A stretch of 64,000 nucleotides of DNA from Planctomycetota bacterium (GTDB taxonomy: Bacteria; Planctomycetota; UBA1135; UBA2386). The notes beneath the pieces were generated by a model that worked only from the letters and a program-made list of their open reading frames with translations, did no database searches and had not been told where the DNA came from. Positions 29,194-40,842 of the stretch are shown here, one piece after another (the stretch's first letter is position 1; each line of letters starts with the position of its first letter). A program made the translations under genes and the position numbers. The DNA lies in NCBI GenBank assembly GCA_965223545.1, contig OZ245006.1:4960001-5024000 (forward strand), written 5' to 3'.

Positions 29194-31284
29194 TCACGGT
29201 TCGACGACTCGTCCTTCGCCGGCGGCGAGGCGGAGTCGGGTCGTGGCGAGCTCGCGACTGGACGTGAAGAGGCGCACGCTCCACCAGCCGGGAGCGACGG
29301 TCAGGCGCACCACGCCTGGCGCACCCGCGGCTCCCAGAGGATCGCTGTAGAGAACGCGGCCGTTCCGCGAGACCTCGAATGCGACGGCCTCATCGCCCGC
29401 GGAGTGGCGCAGCACGAGCGTCGCGCCTGGCTCGAGGCCGAGAGTGGTCGTCTGTTCCACGCCCGCAACGACGACGACCTCGCCGTGCGCGGCGCGGCCG
29501 GCGCGGTCGCTCGCGGTCAGGTCCCAGGTGCCGGCCACAAGCCCCGGGAAGCGAACGCGGCCGTCGAGCCGCGCGCGGGTCGCCACGGCCAGATCACCGC
29601 CGCGCTGCCGCGCGGTGATCCACGCGCGGGTGGGACGCCCGGCGGCGAGCGCGAGGATCTCGACCGTGCCGGCAATGGGGTGCAGGTGGAGCGTCACGTC
29701 GGTGTCGCCGGCCATCGCCTCGACCGGTGCCCTGGTGCCAAGCTCACTCTCGAGCTCCGCGTCGACCGACAGTGTGTACGCCTGCGGCAGCAACGGCTGC
29801 ACCGTGAAGCGCCCCGCCGCGTCGGTTCGGCCGATCACCGCGGCCCCGCGGCGCGGTGACGCGGTGATGACGATGCCTTCCAGTCGGACGTCGGTCGCCG
29901 CCCGTGGCGCGACCACGGAGCCGCGGATCGACAGGCCCGCCGTTGCCCGCAGAGTCACTGCAGTCTCCCGACCCGGCACGACCTCGGCAACGGTTGCGGT
30001 CGGTGTGATCCGCATGCCGCGCACGGCACCGAGTGACAGCTCGGGCGGCGCTACCCCGACCAGCCAGGAGCCGGCGGGAAGATCGGTGAACGCGAACTCT
30101 CCGTCGCTGTCGGACGTGGCGTCGTGGACGAATCCGCCCCGCAAACGCCACCACGGCATCGTCTCCGGTGGATCGTCGGCATCGGGACGCAGCGCGGCGA
30201 TGCGTGTCGCCGCGATCGGTTGATCACGCTGATCGACCAGCTTGCCGGTCAGGCTGCCCGACGCCAACATCGCGATGCGGCGTCGATTGTCGCCGGGCCT
30301 CAGCTCCCAGCGCTGCGTGGCGCATCGTTCGCCGCCATCGGAATCGCGCAGGCTGGCACGGAGCTCGATGCCGGATGGAAGCCCCTCGAGGCGCACGGTG
30401 TTGTCGGCGCCGACTTCGCGGGCGACCTCGCGCCTCAACGGTCCGCGCACGACTCCATCGGGGACCGTCACGGCGGTCGCGGCGTAGTCCAGGGCCAAAC
30501 GCAAGCCGGCCGCGCGCCCCCCGCCGTCGATCGCGACCTCCAGGCGCGCCGGCCGTCGCACGCACACGACGAGTTCGCGCTCGGGGGTCTCGTGTCCGCG
30601 CACCAGAGCGATGGTGAGCGGTGGGCCACCCTCGATGTGCGCTTCGGCCCAGCCGCCTTCCGGGTCGCCCTGCAGCTGGAAGCGTCCATCACCATCGGTC
30701 GCGATCGTTCCGGCAACGGCACAGCGGTGGGCGGTCAATGCAACTCCGGGCAGCGGAGTGCCGTCGTCGGCCCACAACAGGCGCGCCCAGAACGTGAGGG
30801 CACGGCGCGTGCGCAGGCCGATCGAGACCTCGGCGTGTTCACCGGCGACGACCGTGGCCCACCCCGACTCGGGTAGCAGGTCTTGCCCCGGCGGCGAAAC
30901 GTCGATGGGTTGCATGCCAGCGGTCAGCGAGAACGTCGCCGTACCGTCTGTGTCGGTCCGATGCTCATCGCCTAGGATCCGCACGGCCGCGCCCACGACG
31001 GGCAACGTCGTGCCATCGCGCACCACGCGCACGACGAGGGTTCCCCCTTGCGTTGTCGCTAGATCGGGCTCGCCGGAGGTCTGCGGGGCAGGCGGAGTCG
31101 CAGCGGTGTGCCGTCCCGTGTCGGGTGCGCTCACCTCACGAACCGCCGCCCCGCTCGGCGCGGCCACGCCGACCGCAGGTGGAGTGGTCTCCTCGTGGAC
31201 GGAGCGTGCCGTGATCGAGCAGTATGTCAGGGCCACGATGGTCGCCGCCACCAGGCCGATTGCGGGCAGCAGAACAATGCGCAC
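29194..31284 (-). CDS. Carboxypeptidase-regulatory-like (Ig) repeat protein
   Basis: AGGAG directly before GTG; N-terminal TM; TDxDGxF/A repeats; GKLVDQRDQPI; LPAGSW. Confidence 0.75.
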   Translation of the reverse strand: MRIVLLPAIGLVAATIVALTYCSITARSVHEETTPPAVGVAAPSGAAVREVSAPDTGRHTAATPPAPQTSGEPDLATTQGGTLVVRVVRDGTTLPVVGAAVRILGDEHRTDTDGTATFSLTAGMQPIDVSPPGQDLLPESGWATVVAGEHAEVSIGLRTRRALTFWARLLWADDGTPLPGVALTAHRCAVAGTIATDGDGRFQLQGDPEGGWAEAHIEGGPPLTIALVRGHETPERELVVCVRRPARLEVAIDGGGRAAGLRLALDYAATAVTVPDGVVRGPLRREVAREVGADNTVRLEGLPSGIELRASLRDSDGGERCATQRWELRPGDNRRRIAMLASGSLTGKLVDQRDQPIAATRIAALRPDADDPPETMPWWRLRGGFVHDATSDSDGEFAFTDLPAGSWLVGVAPPELSLGAVRGMRITPTATVAEVVPGRETAVTLRATAGLSIRGSVVAPRAATDVRLEGIVITASPRRGAAVIGRTDAAGRFTVQPLLPQAYTLSVDAELESELGTRAPVEAMAGDTDVTLHLHPIAGTVEILALAAGRPTRAWITARQRGGDLAVATRARLDGRVRFPGLVAGTWDLTASDRAGRAAHGEVVVVAGVEQTTTLGLEPGATLVLRHSAGDEAVAFEVSRNGRVLYSDPLGAAGAPGVVRLTVAPGWWSVRLFTSSRELATTRLRLAAGEGRVVEP

Positions 31285-31520
31285 TCTCCTTGGAGCCGTG
31301 CAACCGCGGCAACGTCAGCTCGGAACTCGAGATATCTCCCGATCGTCTCGAGAGGGAGTGGCGCAGCATTGGCGAATCGTCGCCGGATCCGGCAATTGTT
31401 TCTGACCTCGGCCGTGGGCCTGGTCCCCGAACGAGGGCAGAGCCAAAAAAACCGAAGGCGCAGTAACGGAACCGCCGGCCCGGGTTTGTGCAGGGAAACC
31501 GAATCGAACCAGGAGCCCCG

Positions 31521-32843
31521 ATGTCCTCGCTTTCGAGCCCCGTACTCGCTGCAGCACCCGCCAAGGCACAACTCATGCGCCGATCCCAACGTCTTCCCAC
31601 CTCGTGCTGGCCGTTGGCGCTGGGCGCCAGCCTGATGTGCTTCGCCGAACGCGGAGCGGCACAGTGGCAACAGAACGGCAGCACCCTCTACACGACGACC
31701 AACAGGGTGGGTGTTGGTACGCCGTTTCCCCAGGGCCTTCTGCATGTCCAAGGCAAGCCGGTGCTCGTTTGGAACTCCGAGCCAGCCTCGATTCTTGCGA
31801 TCAACAGCCTCCAGAATGGGAAGGCGTACGCCGTACACGCATCGAACGAGAGCGGCGGCCCGAGAGGAGAATCCGCTGCTCTGTACGGCGAGACCAAGGC
31901 CAAGAACAACGGAGTTGGTGTCCTCGGAGTCGCCAGCGGAGCAGCATCCATTGGTATCCAAGGCCTCTCAAGGACGGGCGGAGGTTCCAACCCCAGCCTC
32001 GGATCCAACACCGTCTATGGCGTCACGTTCGCACCAGGAGCAGGTGTTTACGGGTTCGTCGGCGACGACGGCTATGGAGTCAGTGGGAGTGCCCACGGTT
32101 CGGAGGCGCGAGGGGTTGTTGGCTTCGCTACGAGAGACAACGGAATCGGCGCAGAGGGTCGCGGGAACCGCGAAGGGGTCTTTGGGCGTGTGCTGAGATC
32201 GACCGGATTTGCGGGCGTACACGGCTCAGTCCAGAGCACTTCGAGCTACGGAGTGTTCTCCTCGGGCGATTTCGGAGCCACGGGAAACAAGTACTTCGTC
32301 CAACCCCATCCCACCGATCCCGCCACCAACCTCCGCCTCATCTGTCTCGAGGGGAATGAGTCCGGGACCTACTTCCGCGGAACCATGAGCCTCCACAAAG
32401 GGCATGCCGAGATCCCAATCCCCGAAGACTGGCAACTCGTGTCGGACGACGCCGGCATCACTGTGCAAGTGACTCCCCGCCTTGGTTCGGCGCGCATTAC
32501 CATCTGGAAAAAGAGTCGCGAAAACATCATTGTCAAAGGAACCGAAGACTGCGAGTTCGACTACGTCGTCAACGGTGTCCGACGAGGCTTCGCCAAACTC
32601 CAACTTCGAATCGACAATCGAGCGTATCGCCCGACGGCTGCCGGAGTTCCCTATGGTGCCGAACTGTCGGACGAGGTTCGCAGCATCCTGGTCCAAAACG
32701 GCACACTCAACGCCGATTACACGCCCAATGAAGTGACGGCCGGACGACTGGGTTGGGATCTAGCCAACCCCGAGGAGGTTGCCGCCAAGGAGCGCTTGTT
32801 GCGGTTCGCCGCCGAGAACGCCGCCGGCGCCAACTCGCGATGA
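31521..32843 (+). CDS. Secreted Gly-rich (GVxG repeat) fibre-like protein with conserved C-terminal domain, paralog 1
   Basis: AGGAG at 31511-31515; signal peptide ending AERGAAQ; RVGVGTPFP; GVxG repeats; FVQPHPTDP...LEGNESGTYFRG...VQVTP. ATG 31575 aligns with the start of paralog 2. Confidence 0.75.
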   Translation: MSSLSSPVLAAAPAKAQLMRRSQRLPTSCWPLALGASLMCFAERGAAQWQQNGSTLYTTTNRVGVGTPFPQGLLHVQGKPVLVWNSEPASILAINSLQNGKAYAVHASNESGGPRGESAALYGETKAKNNGVGVLGVASGAASIGIQGLSRTGGGSNPSLGSNTVYGVTFAPGAGVYGFVGDDGYGVSGSAHGSEARGVVGFATRDNGIGAEGRGNREGVFGRVLRSTGFAGVHGSVQSTSSYGVFSSGDFGATGNKYFVQPHPTDPATNLRLICLEGNESGTYFRGTMSLHKGHAEIPIPEDWQLVSDDAGITVQVTPRLGSARITIWKKSRENIIVKGTEDCEFDYVVNGVRRGFAKLQLRIDNRAYRPTAAGVPYGAELSDEVRSILVQNGTLNADYTPNEVTAGRLGWDLANPEEVAAKERLLRFAAENAAGANSR

Positions 32844-32892
32844 CCGCCGATTCCTCACCCGAGTTTTCCGTGACAATCATTCCCGGACCACG

Positions 32893-32925
32893 CTGATCAG
32901 CAGAACCCCCTGATCAGCAGAACCC
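32893..32925. repeat. Direct repeat, 2 x CTGATCAGCAGAACCC (17-bp period), each containing the palindrome CTGATCAG
   Basis: Copies at 32893-32908 and 32910-32925, just upstream of the AAGGAG RBS of paralog 2. Confidence 0.85.
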
Positions 32926-32948
32926 AACGAGAAAATCAAGGAGAAATC

Positions 32949-34196
32949 ATGCAACGATTCCAACGACTTGTCTCTTCCGTTGTCTGGCCGATGTCGCTGG
33001 GCTCTTTCCTGGTCCTCGCCGAGCGTGGAGCCGCGCAATGGCAATTGAACCAGGGCAACCTCTACACGACCACGAACGCGGTCGGCATCGGCACGCCCTT
33101 CCCACAGGGCCTGCTACACGTTCAGGGCGGCCAGTTGTTCGTGTGGAACTCGGCACCAGCTTCCATTCATGCAGTCAACAGCCTGAAGACGGGGCAGGGG
33201 TACGCCGTGCACGGTGTGTCCGAATCGGAGGACGGGGCAGCGTTGTTCGGTGAAAGCAAGGCGAGCAACTACGGCAACGGTGTACTCGGAGCTGCCTACG
33301 GGTTTGCATCCGTTGGCGTCCATGGGAGATACCTCGGCAAGACCCTGGGCTTCGGGGTGTATGGGTCCAACGACAACGCCGGTGTGGGTGTGTCCGGCTT
33401 GTCTTTCAGCAGCGTCGGCACGGGCGTTGTCGGATACGCCGACCACGATGACTCTCAGGGCGTACTCGGCGTGGGCCACGGGGACAAAGGCGTGGGGGTC
33501 GAGGGCGTCGGGAACTACGAAGGAGTCTTGGGCATAGCGGAGCAATCGACTTCGTTCGCGGGAGTGCATGGCAAAGCCCGGCTCGGCCCCAGCTACGGCG
33601 TATTCTCCTCTGGTGACTTCGGCGCGACGGGCGCCAAGTCCTTCGTGCAGCCCCACCCAACGGACCCCTCCGTCAACATCCGTTTCGTGTGCCTGGAAGG
33701 GAACGAGGCCGGAACCTACTTTCGAGGTACGACGCGCTTCCACAACGGGCACGCGGAGATTCCAATTCCCGAAGATTGGCAACTGGTGTCAGAAGCCACC
33801 CAGATCACGGTGCAGGTGACGCCGATCCGCAGTTTCGCGCAACTGACGATCTGGGAGAAGAGCCGAGAGCGCATCGTCGTCAAGAGCGACCAAGACTGCG
33901 AGTTCGACTACGTAGTCAACGGGGTCCGCCGCGGTTTCGCCAACATCCAACTACGGACTGACAATCGGGCGTACCGGCCCAAGGTCCGCAATGTTCCCTA
34001 CGGGGCCGAATTGCCCGACGAGGTCCGCCAGATCCTCGTGCAAAACGGCACCCTCAACACCGACTACACACCGAACGAGGTCACCGCCGCCCGGCTCGGT
34101 TGGAGACTGCGCTCCCCCGACGAGGTCGCCGCCAAGGACCACGCGTGGCGGATCGGTGCGGAGCGAGGCCGACGAGACAAAGCCAACCGCCGCTGA
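32949..34196 (+). CDS. Secreted Gly-rich fibre-like protein, paralog 2
   Basis: AAGGAG RBS; same architecture and high similarity to 31521..32843 at the N- and C-termini. Confidence 0.8.
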   Translation: MQRFQRLVSSVVWPMSLGSFLVLAERGAAQWQLNQGNLYTTTNAVGIGTPFPQGLLHVQGGQLFVWNSAPASIHAVNSLKTGQGYAVHGVSESEDGAALFGESKASNYGNGVLGAAYGFASVGVHGRYLGKTLGFGVYGSNDNAGVGVSGLSFSSVGTGVVGYADHDDSQGVLGVGHGDKGVGVEGVGNYEGVLGIAEQSTSFAGVHGKARLGPSYGVFSSGDFGATGAKSFVQPHPTDPSVNIRFVCLEGNEAGTYFRGTTRFHNGHAEIPIPEDWQLVSEATQITVQVTPIRSFAQLTIWEKSRERIVVKSDQDCEFDYVVNGVRRGFANIQLRTDNRAYRPKVRNVPYGAELPDEVRQILVQNGTLNTDYTPNEVTAARLGWRLRSPDEVAAKDHAWRIGAERGRRDKANRR

Positions 34197-34536
34197 GCGT
34201 CCGGGGCCGAGAATCTTCGCGCGGCGACAACATCTCCGAAGGCCCGCTGGCGTCAGCACTTCGATACCGCAACTCCCGGACGCTCGAAAGCAACACTGGC
34301 GTCTGCGCTCAGCGCGGCCGTCCGGCACCACTGAAACTGCGGGCTCCGCTACTGTCGAGACGCGCCCGGTCCTTGGTTGCGGCCTCGGCCGCGCTGAGAG
34401 CCTGTGACCCGATCCCAGCTGCTCTGGGTTCCCGAGGATGCCGTCGGCGTTCGCGTCCAGACCGAGAGTGGAGAGAGTGTCTTCGCAAGACACACCGACA
34501 ACGAAACTGGGATTGTCGAGCACGTGATCGAGTGAT

Positions 34537-36681
<2,145 letters not shown>

Positions 36682-36740
36682 GACTATGCTGACAGTGGCC
36701 GCCGCCGCCGGCAAACGTCAGCCGACCGCCAAAAAAAGCG

Positions 36741-37340
36741 ATGCCGGACGATCCGACCACTCTGCACGTGCAGCGCGCCCGGGCGGGGGATGCGGCGAGC
36801 GTCGAGTGGTTGGTGGTGCGCTTCGCGCCGCTGCTGCGCGCCCAAGCGCGGTACCGGCTGTCCGGCAGGAACTTGGCCGTCGAGCCGGACGACGTGGTGC
36901 ACGATGTGTGGACCGTGGCGTTGCCCGCATTGCCCGGCCTCCGGATGGGCGGCGCACGGCAGACCCCGGTGCTGGTCAAGTTTCTCGCCACGACCCTCCT
37001 CTATCGCGTCAACGAGCTGACGCGGCAGCACATTCGGCGCGGCGCGCGCGCGGCGCCGAGCGAGACGGCTTCGCCGAGCCGGTGGGCGGCGTCGACGCGC
37101 GGGGCACTGACGCGCGCTGCCGATGCCGACGAAGTCGAACGTGTTCTACACGCGATCCAGGCTCTGCCCGACGCCGATCGCGAAGTGGTCGTACTGCGCG
37201 GCATCGAGCAGCTCGAGAACGCCAGGGTCGCGGCCCTGCTCGGCCAGTCGGCGAACGCCGTTTCGCTGCGCTTCAACCGCGCCATGCGGCGGCTGCGGGC
37301 GGAGCTGGGACCCAGCGTGCTGGACGACCTCGACCCGTGA
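36741..37340 (+). CDS. ECF-type RNA polymerase sigma factor
   Basis: Region 2 (ARAGDAAS...DDVVHDVW) and region 4 (LPDADREVVVLR...VAALLGQSANAVSLRFNRAMRRLR). Confidence 0.88.
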   Translation: MPDDPTTLHVQRARAGDAASVEWLVVRFAPLLRAQARYRLSGRNLAVEPDDVVHDVWTVALPALPGLRMGGARQTPVLVKFLATTLLYRVNELTRQHIRRGARAAPSETASPSRWAASTRGALTRAADADEVERVLHAIQALPDADREVVVLRGIEQLENARVAALLGQSANAVSLRFNRAMRRLRAELGPSVLDDLDP

Positions 37341-37344
37341 TGCG

Positions 37345-37370
37345 CGGCGGTGTGCCGCCGGGGTTTTCTC
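37345..37370 (+). terminator. Possible intrinsic terminator after the sigma gene
   Basis: CGGCGG-TGTG-CCGCCG hairpin followed by GGGTTTTCTC; the U-tract is weak. Confidence 0.3.
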
Positions 37371-37446
37371 GGATTTCTCGACGCGGGGGGCCGCTGGGAG
37401 TCACCGTCGCCTTGTCGTCCTCTCGCTGACCGAGGAGTCAGAACGC

Positions 37447-38028
37447 ATGTGGATCTGGATCGCCTTGGCCTTGCTCGCCGTCATCGTTTGTGCCGTCATC
37501 GTCGGGGCACTGCTCCCCCCGGACTTCCGTGCCGCCGGAACCTGCGATGTCGACCTCGCGCCAGAGCCGCTGTGGGCCGCGCTCTCCGACATCGAGCGGC
37601 ATCCCATGGCGGCCAAGATGGCGCGTTCCGTGCAGGTGCTGCCGCAGGAGGACGGGCTGCCGGTGTGGGTCGAGGACCTCGGCAGCTCGAAGGTGCGCGT
37701 GCGCACGACGCGGGCGGAGCCGCCCACCCTCCTGGTGCGCGAGCTGGCCGACCAGGTCGTGCCGATGACGGCGCGCGTGGAGTTGCGCATCGAGCCCCGC
37801 GGCGGCGGCAGCCGCGTCTACCTGACCAACCACACGCGAGTGAGCCGCGGCACCTGGCACGTTCCGTTGTTTCGTCTGCTGCTGACCATCACGCCGGGGC
37901 TGCGCTCCGGCATGCGCGCTTGGCTGCAACAAGCGGTGCCAGGGCGCGTTCGCTTCGATTGGCGCTCCCCGTCGCCGGCGCCGGGAGGATCTCCCGCGCC
38001 TCCGGATACCACCGGCGGCCCTCCGTAG
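37447..38028 (+). CDS. SRPBCC/START-fold protein with N-terminal TM
   Basis: GAGGAG RBS; VGALLP...LWAALSD...EPPTLLV...IEPRGGGSRV. Confidence 0.78.
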   Translation: MWIWIALALLAVIVCAVIVGALLPPDFRAAGTCDVDLAPEPLWAALSDIERHPMAAKMARSVQVLPQEDGLPVWVEDLGSSKVRVRTTRAEPPTLLVRELADQVVPMTARVELRIEPRGGGSRVYLTNHTRVSRGTWHVPLFRLLLTITPGLRSGMRAWLQQAVPGRVRFDWRSPSPAPGGSPAPPDTTGGPP

Positions 38029-38037
38029 AGTGGGGGC

Positions 38038-39513
38038 GTGAACGTCGACGCACTCGAACGAACGCCGCCGGCCTCCGGGGGCGGAGCCCCGGCTGCCTCC
38101 TGGAGCTGGCTGCGGCTGTTTCTGTTTCGCTTTGCCGCACTGTACTTCGTGCTCTACGCGCTGCCGTTTCCGTTCTCCAACCTGTGGCAGGTGGTCGCGC
38201 AGGTCATCGAGTGGAGCACTAAAGAAGGACAAGAGATCGCATGGGTGGCCGCCGTGCAGGACTTCTTCACCGGCAGCCCGGAGGAGGGCTTCGCCCGGGG
38301 TCGCTACGACGGTTGGTGGCGCGCGATCACGTCGTCGGTTGGGGATGCGGTCGGCATCGAGGTCATCCACCAGCGCACTGGCAGCGGCGATACGGCCCAC
38401 GACTGGATCAAGGCAGCGGTGGGGTTCGCGGCCGCGGCGGTCCTCGCGCTGCTCTGGAGCGTCGTCCGGCGGCACGGAGCGCATCCGGCGCTGGCGCGTT
38501 GGCTGCACCTCGGCGTGCGCTGGTATCTCGGCTTCTGGATGTTGGTCTACGGGCTGATCAAGCTGTACGCGGGTCAGTTCATCTATCCGTCGCTGCAGGC
38601 GATGATGCTCCCGCTGGGCGACATGTCACCGATGGGGCTGGTCTGGGACTTCATCGGGTTCTCCAAACCGTACGAGGTGTTCAGCGGCATCGGCGAGGCG
38701 CTCGGCGGGTTGTTGCTGTTCGCCCGGCGGACGTCGCTGCTCGGCAGCTTCGTCACCGTTGCCGTGATGACCAACGTGGTCGCCCTCAACTGGATGTACG
38801 ACGTGCCGGTCAAGCTGTTCTCGTCGCACCTCTTGCTGTTCGCATTGGCGCTGATGGTCCCCGAGGCACGGCGCTTGGTGCGGATGTTCCTGACCAACCG
38901 GCCCGTGCCGCCGGCCGACCACACGCTGGTCGCGAACCGAGGGCTTCGCGTGGCGCTGACGGTGTTCGGCACCGCGTGGCTGGCGCTGCACCTGTACTCC
39001 ACCCACGAAGGCAACATGGCCGCGAGGGAGCAGCGCCGCGCGTTTCTGGAGCGGCCACCGCTGTATGGCGTGTGGCTGGTGGACGGCATGCGCATCGACG
39101 GTGTCGACGTCGAGCCTGGAGACCCGCGGCGCTGGGAGCTGCTGGCGATCGACGCCCGCGAACGAGGCTGGATTCGCTGGCCCGGAGGGCGCACCGAGTG
39201 GATCCGACTGAAGCCGGGAGACGACGCCGACACGCTCCAAGTGGCCGCGCTCGCCGCTGGGGCAGCCGGGCCGGATGCCGATGAGCCATCGTGGTCGACT
39301 TGGTCGGTGGAGCGTGGCGAGCAGACCGTGCAGCGCCTCATCACGGTGCCGAAGTCGATGCAGGGGTACCGGCGTCAGGTCGACGAGGTCGCGCCGATGC
39401 TGGTGTTGACCGGACCGTGGCAGGAGAGTGAGCTGGAAGTGCGCGTCGTGGCCAAGCGCTTCGAGCTCGAGCGCGGCTTTCACTGGATCCAGGAGCTGCC
39501 GATCAACCGCTGA
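38038..39513 (+). CDS. DoxX-like integral membrane protein
   Basis: TGSGDT, YGLIK...QF, LGDMSPMGLVW, NWMYDVPVKLFS, LYGVW, RGFHWIQE. Confidence 0.75.
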   Translation: MNVDALERTPPASGGGAPAASWSWLRLFLFRFAALYFVLYALPFPFSNLWQVVAQVIEWSTKEGQEIAWVAAVQDFFTGSPEEGFARGRYDGWWRAITSSVGDAVGIEVIHQRTGSGDTAHDWIKAAVGFAAAAVLALLWSVVRRHGAHPALARWLHLGVRWYLGFWMLVYGLIKLYAGQFIYPSLQAMMLPLGDMSPMGLVWDFIGFSKPYEVFSGIGEALGGLLLFARRTSLLGSFVTVAVMTNVVALNWMYDVPVKLFSSHLLLFALALMVPEARRLVRMFLTNRPVPPADHTLVANRGLRVALTVFGTAWLALHLYSTHEGNMAAREQRRAFLERPPLYGVWLVDGMRIDGVDVEPGDPRRWELLAIDARERGWIRWPGGRTEWIRLKPGDDADTLQVAALAAGAAGPDADEPSWSTWSVERGEQTVQRLITVPKSMQGYRRQVDEVAPMLVLTGPWQESELEVRVVAKRFELERGFHWIQELPINR

Positions 39514-39536
39514 GAGTGGCGGCGTTCGGTCGTCCG

Positions 39537-40604
39537 CTACCGAACGTCGCGCAGGTAGCGGCTGTCGGGGGCGAGTAGCTTGTCGAGGATCAAGTCGGCG
39601 GCAAACCGATGCCCCTCCGCGGTCCAGTGGCCGTCGACCGGAAAGTAGTACTCGGGATGAGCGTCGCGGTTGCGGATCGGCAAGAACGGCGCTTCGTACC
39701 TCAGAGCCAACTCGCGCAGGCGATCGAGACCCGCGCCCTTGAAGTCGAGCGCCATCAGCGCCGTCGGCCAGCCGCGGTCGCGGCAGATCTGCAGCGCGCG
39801 TTCGACCAGGGCGACGAACAACTGGCCGGGCTTGCCCGCGGTGACCGACTCGTCGCCTGCCGAGGTGGTCCCGGCCGCGCCATCCCCGCCGGGGGATTGG
39901 TGTCCGCGCCGCGCTTGGTGGCTGAGCATGCGGGTCAGGGCGAGCAAGCGGGAATACTCGATGCCGGGGATCCACTCGATCCACGGCTGCAGGCGGCGCG
40001 AGAGCGGCGGCGGCGGCGCGGGCAGCGGCTGCAGCAAACCGTCGTCGTCGAGGCGGAACAACCCCTCGCGCACGTTGTCGGGGATGTCGTTGGTGAACAC
40101 CTCGAGCACCACCAGGCGAGGGCGGGCACCCGCGAGCTCGTTCTCGAGCAGGTGGATCCAGCGGCCGTTGCCGGTGTCGGCCATGCCGGCGTTGACGACC
40201 GGCACGGTGTGCGAGCCGTGGCGCTCGTCGAGGGCTTTGCGCACCAGGGCGGGAAACTCTTCGCCGTCGTTGACACCCTGACCCTCGGTGAACGAGTCGC
40301 CGAGGAAGAGCACGCAGCCGTCCATGGAAGGTGGCGGCTCGGGGCCGCGGAAGCCGCGTGAGTTGATGCGCATGAACGCTTCGTACTCGGGGTAGATGAC
40401 CCATCCCGAGTAGCCCGGCTTGTAGCGCTTGCCGACCACGGGGTCGTACACCGTGAAGAAGCCGCGCACGGGCACGTCCGTGGCGACGGCCAACAACAGC
40501 TCCGCGAGTAGCACCGCGACGATTGCGGAGCCGATCAACAGGAGTCCGCGCCGCATCCATCGGCGCTGCACGGGCTTTGCGGAGTTCGGATCGCGGTCGG
40601 CCAT
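39537..40604 (-). CDS. SGNH/GDSL hydrolase family protein
   Basis: INSRGFRG, FLGDSFTEG, VVNAG, FTND, DGHWTAEGH. Confidence 0.85.
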   Translation of the reverse strand: MADRDPNSAKPVQRRWMRRGLLLIGSAIVAVLLAELLLAVATDVPVRGFFTVYDPVVGKRYKPGYSGWVIYPEYEAFMRINSRGFRGPEPPPSMDGCVLFLGDSFTEGQGVNDGEEFPALVRKALDERHGSHTVPVVNAGMADTGNGRWIHLLENELAGARPRLVVLEVFTNDIPDNVREGLFRLDDDGLLQPLPAPPPPLSRRLQPWIEWIPGIEYSRLLALTRMLSHQARRGHQSPGGDGAAGTTSAGDESVTAGKPGQLFVALVERALQICRDRGWPTALMALDFKGAGLDRLRELALRYEAPFLPIRNRDAHPEYYFPVDGHWTAEGHRFAADLILDKLLAPDSRYLRDVR

Positions 40605-40683
40605 CTCGGAGTCGCGGCAGCCAACGTAGCTGGGGCCCGCGCGGCCGCAATGGTGCGGCTGCGCGAGCAGGTTGGCGCCTCGG

Positions 40684-40842
40684 TCAGGGCAACGTGATTA
40701 GCAGCGCGTTGGAAACCGCGAGCTGCGCGCTGGTGCAGCTGACCGACACGGCGTAGCGCCCTGCGGGCACCTGCAGTCCGGTGTTGTCGCGCTGGTCCCA
40801 GCGCATCGTCCGGCTAGCTCCAGGGGCAACCGGCGTCAGCAC
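40684..40842 (-). pseudogene. Gene remnant (52 codons): BsuPI/FlgD-like Ig fragment joined to a C-terminal tail
   Basis: VLTPVAPGASRTMRWDQRDNTGLQVPAGRYAVSV...AVSNALLITLP*; no signal peptide; begins at the stop of the VOC gene. Confidence 0.55.

Noticed and set aside
31521..34196. Possible DGR template/variable repeat pair between the two paralogs
   Set aside because: Differences occur at all bases and largely at synonymous sites, not adenine-specifically; no reverse transcriptase in the window.
34308..34398. Integron attC site
   Set aside because: Lacks the RYYYAAC...GTTRRRY ends; no integrase or cassette array.
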